Assembly: GCF_037042905.1 (NCBI RefSeq)
Contig: NC_087251.1
Coordinates: 49,229,358 to 49,293,357, forward strand
Direction: 5' to 3'
Length of the DNA: 64,000 bases
Source: Lytechinus pictus
Taxonomy: Eukaryota
Shown: positions 50,487-59,810 of the stretch, piece by piece
Layout: each line of letters opens with the position of its first letter
Numbering within the stretch: the stretch's first letter is position 1
Made by a program: the position numbers and the translations under genes
Notes under the pieces: generated by a model
The model's input: only the letters and a program-made list of their open reading frames with translations
Database searches by the model: none
Told to the model about the DNA's origin: nothing

Positions 50487-52945
50487 TCTGGGCAAACCAA
50501 ATTAGGTGATGACCTTTGGTGTTTGGAATGTCAGCTGTGGGCTTTCCATGTTGACTGGGTTCAATCTGTAATCATGGAGCTCGATGTAGCAAGATGAAAT
50601 GATTGGATTCGGAATTCAAGTGTTATTCAGTCTTCCACCAGTTTTCCATATTGTGATAAAATAGTATCAGTTGCATCACAATGACTAAAGGGGCTGTTTA
50701 TATACGCTTGTGTAAATATGGCAGGCCACTTGCTTATTTTATCCTATTTACTTATATCAGGAATTGCCTTTTGTAAACAACACAACATTATGATTATTTC
50801 TTGATTTATAGATCAAAAGAATTTGATTTCTTGATTTTTTTTGTGTTGTTATGAAAGGCAATTGTTGATATCAAGAATGGAATTGGAATAGGCCAATATT
50901 ATGGGCCTGCTTGATATGAAGAAAAAGGATTAAATGGGAAAATAGCCTGCCATAGCTCATATGTACATTGGCATATGCTTGCTGAGACATCCAGGTGTGA
51001 CGACCCCTTTCATCCAAAATAGAATGAGATTGCAAGAAACATACTACCCTAATGTCATGGTTCCTGGTTCGCAACCTTATCTGTGATAATGTATGAATCA
51101 TTGCTCAAGAATTTACTGTTCCGAAGATGCATCTAGTTTACAGTATACCATGACTTTCACTTATGGCAAGTACTTGACTCTTGATCAAATCACCAAATTA
51201 GAAATAAATCAAGAATTCTAAAGAATATGATTGTAAACTGCAATTAGAGAGTGCACATACATATATTATATTTCCCCATAGCAAAATCTCCTCTTATTGC
51301 TGGTATCCAAAGAAATAAAATAAGGCAAGAAAATTATATGATTATTTTGTGTGAAATCAATCAAATTTTTTTCATAAAAGTATTAATTCTTATCTTTTCT
51401 TTATTGTTATAATTGTTTGAAGCCTATTGAAACTTGTGTGATATATGATGCAACAATGTACCACAACAAGGCATGGCCAAACTGCCAGGGAATACATCTA
51501 TTGCAAGGTATATTGAAAAACAGATGCCTCATTGTGATGCCCATAAGGCTCCGAGGTTGTAATCTGCCACTACTTGGGGTGGCTTGACGAACATAAGCCC
51601 CTCTAAACTCAAGAGTTCTTGAGGACTACCAAAAGGCACAGACACAGAACCCAAACCATTGCTGACCTCCGCTGACCTTGCAGTGCCTTCTGGGATCAGT
51701 ACTGTTTACTGCTCTAAGTTCAGCCCCCATTATGGTGTTCTTGAAAAATAATAGAAAAGACAAGAATGGGAGATGATAATAGAGGCACTGAGGAAGAAAG
51801 AGGTAGAGAGAGAGAGAGAGACATGGGGCAATAGGGTTCAACAGAAGAGAAAGAAATGGAGAAAATGGAGAAAAGGGGGAGAGAGAGAGAAGGAAAAAGA
51901 GAATGTGAGGAAGAGTTAAAATCGAAAGAGAATATTTCTGTAATTTTTCTTATAGTGCTGGTGGGTGGAAGGGGGGGGGGGGGTAGCAACAATTTTATCT
52001 ATGCCTGCATTATTTGCTGTCTCCTACATGTCTCCAACATGTCATGGTTTGATGTAGTCTTTATGATCATTTTATTGAAGACTTCACCTCAGTTTCCTCC
52101 TATAAAGTAAAGTCAAGAATAAATCTGTAAACATTTTTGCAAAGTGCAAATAAAAGAGTTTGATAAAATGTGAACGTGTCTTTAGAATGTTTCCTTGCAA
52201 AGAAATAAACATAATGCCACAATTTTTTTTCCATTTGAGATATTATAGAGTTGCATCATGTTATGGGCAATAAAGATTATTCTTCTAAACAAATATCCCT
52301 TTCATACATCTTCAAAACAAATATCCCTTTCATACAGATGGCTTATGTTAATGGTTGGATAGGAACTCACTGCTATTTGTCCGTATTTTTTTTTACCTTG
52401 ATGCACAGAAAATAACAAAATTATGACAGAAAAAAAAGATTGATTTAAATAGTTTGGTTTGGTTTTATGTCCCCCCCCCCACCCTAGACAAAGACCATGA
52501 TGCATGTGAAACCAGGGCCGTGTCATTAGAGGTCAAAGTGTAGTCTGCTATGCAGACTCTGAATGGCTCGTGAAGTGGAATCTGCAGCTGGTTTGCGAAG
52601 CAAACCAGCCTGAAAGGGCGAGCGAAGCGAGCCATTTCAGAGTCTGCTTCTTCTTTGGAAATCTTGTTCCCACGGTCAAAATAAGTCCCACCCACCCAAA
52701 ATTTCAGAGAGCTTTCATTGGATAACTTCATCTGTCTGTAAACCAAATTTTATGACCACTGAGGAGTATAGATAATCCCCTACTTCAACCACAGAGCCAT
52801 GAGCAGGGTTGTTATGTAATACCCTCGCTCAGGCCATCAGACAGTGTTTACGTATGACATTCCACTGAGCAGCTGCATGTATGGCCAAAACCTTGCTCCA
52901 TGGCCCAAAATAGTGGATGGTTTTATCATAGCTCTATATATATAT

Positions 52946-53725
52946 TCTATTCAATTCAATCTTTATTTCGCAAATAGGATAAAAATACAAGGAAACATCA
53001 AATAATGTGATTAGATAATAAAAATCAATAATTGCGTGGCTTCCCATGAAGGTAATAAGAAACATGTGAGGCTCGCCAAAACATAGTAAAAACAAAACAA
53101 CATTAATACAAAACAGAATATCATATCATTATAGTTAATAGTGTATATAAAAAGGAGAAAAAAAACACGAGTTGAGGGGGGTAGATACGTTACAAGTATG
53201 CATTGATATCATGTGTGAGAATTAATAATAATTTACTAGAAAATTTGAATACTGTTTTCTAAAAGAATATATAAATTGTGAATTAGTTATTATTTGGGGA
53301 ATCTCATTCCATCGTTTGGGACCTACATAACTCAGCTTCGTGACTATAGACCTAATAGACCATAAATGAAATTTATTGGAAGAACGGGTATTATGGTTAT
53401 GAACTTGATTATTGCATTGAAAAAGATCTGAAAACTACATGGGTAACAACTACCTCTTCTTGAACTTATAGATAAATATTGTGAGTTCTCGCTTATTAAA
53501 TAAAGGTGCGGATGGTGCTATTAGAATAGGTAATTATTCTTAAACATTTCTTTTGAATATTGAGTCCAATTTATATGAGGTTACATTGGTATTGCAATAT
53601 TTTAAATAAGAGAAAATCATGGAATGGTATAAAGTTATCAGATTTTTATGAAGCAAACTAAGCTTAAGTTTGTAAATTAAACCAGTATTCCTTAAAACAT
53701 TTATCATATGGTACTTAAAACCCAA
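52946..53725 (-). mobile_element. Decayed CR1-group LINE 3' fragment
   Basis: Minus-strand peptides RNTGLIYKLK...LITLYHSMIFSYLKYCN and HNHNTRSS...YVGPKRWNEIP are typical post-RT ORF2 motifs; ends in AATAAA plus a (TTGAA)n tail at ~52946-52967. Confidence 0.8.
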
Positions 53726-54720
53726 AATATCAAACTCAAAAACACCATTCTCATAAAATTCAGAACTTAAATATTAAATATGATAGTTTACAAAATGAAA
53801 ATCTTAAATTTCACGATTGTAAGTTTGTAAACTATCATACTTTTAATCAAACAGGATAGCTATGTTTTATTTTGTTCCTGTTTGGAATTAACTTCTAACC
53901 ATAGTTTCTTGATTGGACCTTGTATTTGTAGTCACTTCTCCATGCTACTGTATTCAACCTGTTTTACTGTTATGTTAGCTCAGTTTGATATTAATTAGCC
54001 TTAATTAGCCTTGTGTAAGTTGTCATGCCCAGCAACATTCGTTTACCTTTGTATTAAAAGTGTTTTTATGCCAGCCATAATGTATGTGATAATCAGGTAC
54101 TTTCAAACTCAAAAGTATGCTGAATGAAAATGTTGGCAATTTTTTTATATAAACCTAAATCGGATCTATTTGATTTAAATCAGATTTTTTTAAATTTCAA
54201 TCTGATTTTTTCTAACAATTTTTTTTTAACAAAGTGCAAACACCCAAAATATAACCCTTCACACTGACATCAATTTTAAAATTATGCATTTCACCACCAA
54301 AATTATTCTTAACTATTTCATAATCAAATCCAGTCAAAATATAATTTATAGAAAATATTAAAGCCATAAAGAAGCTGACATTTTCTGCTGTGTCTAAAGT
54401 ACATAACTGTCTTGGTACAGCTAATGCTGCAAACATGCAAAGTTGGTGCTCATTTTCAAAGCTCTTGGTATTTAATGAGGATCAGTTTATTTGGAAGAAT
54501 TCCATGACTCAGAGATTCAAGTTCTCCAAAGAGATATATTTTTAAAATTTTATTTTCAGGTCAAGGATTGAAGATCATACATGTTAAAGAAAACTGCATT
54601 TATCTTTTGTTTGTTTCAACCCCAAGTTGTTCTTTGAGCCACAGTTGGAACGACCGTTTCAAAGCATTGGCTTTCAAAGCTTTGACCGACTGCATTTATT
54701 TTTGTTTGTATCAACCTTAA

Positions 54721-55319
54721 AGGAATGGACCGGGCTGAAAATATTCAGATCTAAATAAATAGAGTAAAATGATGAAAATTTCACCAAAATTGGATGACAA
54801 ATAACAAAGTTATTGTATTTTAAAGTTTATCAGTATTTTGTGAAAACAGTTATATTTACATCGTCATGAATGTTCATTTGGTGGGTTGATGATGTCACAT
54901 CCCCTCTTTCCTTTTTCTTATAACATGAAATCATAATTGTTTCATTTTTTTTTTATACATGTGTAAATAATGTGTCTCCATTATGATGAAATAAGTTGCG
55001 GCAATAAATAACTAATGTACTTAATTAGTTGCCAATTCAATTGTTTTTAGTTCTTGGTAAATTCCTTTTTAATAAACCTAATTTCACATAATCATAATCA
55101 AAAGAACAAGTGGAGATATGCCATCATAAGCCCAACTAACGGATATTCATGAAGACATGCCTAGAAATGTTTTACCGGAATAATCGAAAAGAAATCTTTA
55201 AAATTCAATAACTTTGTTATTTGTTATCCGATTTTGATCAAATTTCAGTATTTTACTCTGTGAATTTTACTTTATTTATTGATACATGTATCATAATTTC
55301 TCCAACCTGGACAATTCCT
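54721..55319. mobile_element. Kolobok-like MITE, second family (TTAA TSD)
   Basis: TTAA|AGGAATGGACCGGGCTG ... CAACCTGGACAATTCCT|TTAA, with inner inverted arms AATAACAAAGTTATTG / CAATAACTTTGTTATT. Confidence 0.8.
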
Positions 55320-56231
55320 TTAAGTTCTTCTTTGAGCCATAGTTGGAACTATTTGACTGTTTCAAAGCATTGGCTTGCAAAGTTTTGACAAACTTGCAAG
55401 TTGATTTAAATGATTTCGTTTACAATAAACTGGAAAACTAGTATTTTAGCAGCAGTTTTGATAAAATATGAAAACGGGTTCCCTTATACTACTGTGTCGG
55501 CCTATTTATTTGAATACAGGAACATGTAAAGGAATAGAAATGTTAAAATATCGGTGTATTGGGTAAGCAGGGACGTTGCCGATTTTTACTTTTATTGTAC
55601 TCAATTCAAAATATTCACTTAAAAATGTACAAACATAAATCATTTTGGCAAAGGGCACTAAAATGTATAGTTGTTATGATTTAGTCATGTTAGTGCCCTT
55701 TGCCAAGAACATTCATACATATTTTAAAATAAATGTACATGTACTTAATTACTGAACCTTTTTCAGTGAACTGGCTGAATGAAGCACAATCCTACTCAGA
55801 ATGTCTGAACAGGCTTTTTCTAGTATAGGATCCATGGTTATAACCCATCCTGGCAAAAATCTATCATGTTGAGATTCAGCCTAATAAGTTCAGAGTTCCT
55901 TTACTTTCTTGAAAACTGCCCTCTAAAACACTTTTGAATTTTGACATAAAGAAACAAGAAATTTGTTTTACTATTAACAAAGTCTACTCATACATACAAG
56001 TTGAGTAGGGGTCGCATATAATGTAGGCTACATGTTCATCTTTGGTTTTGCAAGATTGACTTGATTTCATTGATTTGATTTCAATTGTTCTGAGTAGATA
56101 TGAAGGATTTATTCCTGTTCTCATGATATAAAGTTGGTAAAATCTTTTTCTTTTTAATTTAAAAAGTAAAACTGCCACAAACAATAAAAAATCCCAAATA
56201 ATTTGTACATGTTTCACTGGAAATGATTTAA

Positions 56232-56989
56232 AGGAAAAGTCATGCACCCCAACAAAAAGCTGCTTTGAATAGTAAGAGAAAATCAGACAAGCATAACGCT
56301 GAAAATTTCATCAAAATCCGATCTAAAAGAAGAAAGTAATGACGATTAAAATTTTTGCTTAATTTCACAAAACCGTGGTTATATGCAAATCCTTGTCGGT
56401 ATGCAAATTATGGCGATGACATCACTCATTTTTTTGTTGTATTTTATTATGTGAAATATGAAATATTTTTATGAAAAAAAATCATTCCTCCCTGACCATG
56501 TGGGATTACATTGTTTTAACATTTAGTAGTTCAAACAAGAGGGTCCTATTTGTTAAATTCGTAAAAATTGAAATGTTGTATAATTAAAACAGTAAAAATG
56601 CAAAAGCAATAGTGAGTGAGTGACATCATCGACTCTCTAATTTTCATATCACTGAATTGTCATTATAACTGGGGGCCGTTTCATAAAGCTGTTCACAAGT
56701 TAAGAGCGACTTAAAGAACGACTGGTGAACACTTCTTACGCGATAAACCATCGCCAATGTATATACAATTTACCACAAGAAAGGATCTCAAATCGTTCTT
56801 AAAGTCGCTCTTAACTTACGAACAGCTTTATAAAACACCCATCTGTTTTGTGAAAAATAAGCGAAACTTTAAAATGTTATCATAAACTATTTTACATCCG
56901 ATTTTGATGTAGTTTCCAGCGTTATTCTTGTTTGATTTTTCTCTATGTTTATTCAATTAAACTCTTTTTTTCTGGGGTGGATATGACCT
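56232..56989. mobile_element. Kolobok-like MITE, copy 3, carrying a nested MITE
   Basis: TTAA|AGGAAAAGTC...CACCCCAAC ... GGGGTGGATATGACCT|TTAA; collinear with copies 1 and 2 apart from the insertion. Confidence 0.85.
56672..56842. mobile_element. Harbinger-like palindromic MITE nested in the Kolobok-like MITE
   Basis: GTTTCATAAAGCTGTTCACAAGTTAAGAGCGACTT / AAGTCGCTCTTAACTTACGAACAGCTTTATAAAAC arms; CTG on both flanks (3-bp TSD). Confidence 0.8.
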
Positions 56990-57355
56990 TTAAATCAATG
57001 ATTTGAAAAAAATGATCACAGTGATTTAAATCGCGATTTAAATCGCGATTAAAATCAACGTGATTTAAATCAGCCAATCCTGCTGAATGAACTGAATATG
57101 AAAACAATTAGCTTTGTCAACACATGCAATGTCGATGCCAAAGATGTGAAAGTTGCATATTGGTATGCCCGGGAGCTATATGCCTTGATGCTTTACTCAT
57201 TAGTGCAAACTGCTTACATGTACTATGCCCCATTGCTTTGAAGGATAATTATTTTGTTTCAAAATATTAATTTGTTGGATTTGAATTGTGGAAAGTAGGT
57301 AATTTTTTGTTGTTGTCTGTTAAATATGTGCTTACCAGTTATATTGGCTGTAGTG

Positions 57356-57635
57356 CACTAGCGTACCTACGGGGGGGGGGCAATCTGCCCCCCCTGACGA
57401 GCCACAACCCATACAAAAGACATATCCCTGCCCCCCCTGACGAGCTTGAAAGACCTTTATTGCCCCCCCCCCTGACAAACTTGAAGGCCTTTTTTTTTTT
57501 TGCATGTCAATATTTTTTCTGGTACGAAAACCTTTATTTTCGATTGAGGACCTTTTCTTTCTTTTTTTTTTTGCTTGTCAAATTTTTTGGCGGGCAAATT
57601 TTCCCCTCCTGTGGAAAATCCTAGGTACGCCACTG
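57356..57635. mobile_element. hAT-type MITE with 8-bp TSD
   Basis: CACTAGCGTACCTA / TAGGTACGCCACTG termini; TSD CTGTAGTG at 57348-57355 and 57636-57643. Confidence 0.88.
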
Positions 57636-57734
57636 CTGTAGTGTATGCTACTTCTTCTAAAAAAAAAATGCATTTCATAGGCGGATCCAGGGTGGGCCCG
57701 AGGTGTCCGGTGTGATGATGAACAGTGTATATTT

Positions 57735-57872
57735 CAGGGGCCGTGGAAATGGTTTTCAAAGTAGGGGGGGGGCTGATGACGCAAAAAATCACAATCATAT
57801 GGTCATTTTTACGATTATGTACACGGCTTTGAAAGTGGGGTCACCCCCCCCCCCCCGCTTCCGCGGCCCCTG
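57735..57872. mobile_element. hAT-type MITE
   Basis: TIR CAGGGGCCGTGGAA / TTCCGCGGCCCCTG. Confidence 0.75.
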
Positions 57873-58013
57873 TATTTCATGTGCAATGGGGATGTCTGAA
57901 TCTCATCTGTAAATGAAATATATATAATTTATCTTTATTTGATATTAGCCATAAAACAAAACATCAAAACATTCACAATAGGCTTAATGAAGAAGGAAAC
58001 ATTGAAGAATCAT

Positions 58014-58564
58014 AGAGAAAGATCAGACAAGCACAATGCTGAAAATTTCATCAAAATCGGATGTAAAATAAGAAAGTTATGACATTTCCAAGTTTCGCTT
58101 ATTTTTAACAAAATAGTTATATGAACGAGCCAGTTACATCCAAATGAGAGAGTCGATGATGTCACTCACTCAATATTTCTTTTGTTTTTTATTGTTTGAA
58201 TAACACAATATTTCAATTTTTACGAATTTGATGATTAGGACCTCTTTGCCTGAAGCATAAAATGTTAAACGTGTTCAGGGAGGAATGAAACTTCATTTCA
58301 CCATGACAATGACAAGAAAATAAAAATATTTCACATTTCATATAATAAAATACAAAAGAAATAGTGAGTGAGTGATGTCATCAGTTCCCTCATTTGCATA
58401 CCGACCGAGATGTGCATATCAAACTGTTTTGTGAAATGAAGCGAAACTTTTAAATGTCATAACTTTCTTATTTTACATCCGATTTTGATGAAATTTTCAG
58501 TGTTATGCTTGTTGAATTTTTCTCTTTTTATTCAAATCAAGTTTTGTTGGGGTGGACTTATCCT
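58014..58564. mobile_element. Kolobok-like MITE, copy 4 (left end truncated, internal orientation reversed relative to copy 1)
   Basis: Ends TTGTTGGGGTGGACTTATCCT|TTAA; the interior is the reverse complement of the 2783/38406 family. Confidence 0.85.
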
Positions 58565-58639
58565 TTAATCAATCAGTTCCATTATATTGTAGAAATGATA
58601 AAGATACACGTATATGATGATAAATAACATTAAAAAAAA

Positions 58640-58982
58640 CAGGACATTGGAGGAAAGGAAGAAGAATGAGAGAGCAAATGAAATAAAAATGAAAATAAAA
58701 TTAGAAAAAATAAGAAAGGAGGAGGAAGGGAAAGAATGAAAGAAAGAAAGAGAGAGAGAGAGAAAGAGATAAAAATGAAAAAAAAGGAAGGAAAAAATGA
58801 ATGAATGAAAGAAAGAAAAAGGAAGAAAGGAAAGAAAGGAAGATATAAAGAGAAAAAGAAGAGAGAAAAAAGAAAGAAAACAAAAGAGAAGAAAAGAGGA
58901 AAAGAAAAAAAAATCAAGAAGAATGAAAAGAGGAAAAAAGAAAAAAAGGAAAGAAAGGAAGAGAAAGAGAGAAAAAGACAAG
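58640..58982. repeat. Purine-rich (GAAA/GA) low-complexity tract
   Basis: Direct reading. Source of the F/S-rich and K/R-rich spurious ORFs. Confidence 0.9.
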
Positions 58983-59257
58983 GTTTATTCCATGTCACTT
59001 GTAAAAGACCCGGGGGGTGATCAGGGCATCTTCTACACATTCATATACTGTATTAGTTCCATACACGTTCCTTGCTGTAACAAAAAATGTTTCAAAACAT
59101 GCCCTATGCTATTATAACCATGAGCTATTACAGACTTTGGTATCATCATGGACCTATCATCCAAACCATTCCATCTCCTGACTACTCAAGTACATTCATA
59201 TATGTATCTATGCATGTATATGGATCCTATGTGTATGTAGCAAGCCCCAAAAGTAAA

Positions 59258-59810
59258 TACCCTTTTTACACACGCTAAAATTTCCTTAACCCCGTACTAT
59301 AGGTGGGGCTAAATTGCCATTTAGCCCCACCTATAGTACGGGGTTAAGCTTAGCCCACTTTCTTTTTACACAGCATTTTTGCAAAGTGGGCTAACCCCAC
59401 CTTTAGTACGGGATTATTTGGCCCTGCAAAAAAGCAGGGTTATCCCAGCAATTGCGGTGCTAAGAGCGATAGTACGGGGTTAAGATCGCTAGTGTAAAAC
59501 GAAAGTGGGCTAAGCTTAACCCCGTACTATAGGTGGGGCTAAATGGCAATTTGGCCCCACCTATAGTACGGGGTTAAGGAAATTGTAGCGTGTGTAAAAT
59601 GGTACTAGTGAAGTACTTGTACTACGAATGATCGACAAAAACCACTAGTCCGGGGTTAGCGAGTTTCGTGTGTGAAAAGCAAGCATTCCTTATCCGGGGT
59701 TAGCAATAACAATTTGGCATGTGTAAAAAGGAAAAAAAATAGTACGGGGTTAAGGATAGTACGGGGTTAGCGATAGTCCGGGGTTAAGAAAATCCTGTGT
59801 AAAAAGGGTA
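59258..59810. mobile_element. MITE with nested palindromes (Harbinger-like)
   Basis: TIR TACCCTTTTTACACA / TGTGTAAAAAGGGTA flanked by AAA; repeated TAGTACGGGGTTA motif in both orientations. Confidence 0.85.

Larger units (their letters stand above)
54128..57082. mobile_element. Non-autonomous hAT-like element (about 2.95 kb including nested MITEs) with 8-bp TSD
   Basis: CTGAATGA duplicated at 54120-54127 and 57083-57090. Termini AAATGTTGGC (degenerate) / GCCAATCCTG, with GATTTAAATC subterminal repeats at both ends. Confidence 0.7.

Noticed and set aside
52541..52650. Hammerhead ribozyme interpretation of the hairpin element
   Set aside because: The catalytic core CTGATGA...GAAA...NUH is not present in the required arrangement on either strand.
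58565..59117. F/S-rich and K/R-rich ORFs
   Set aside because: Purine-rich low-complexity tract.
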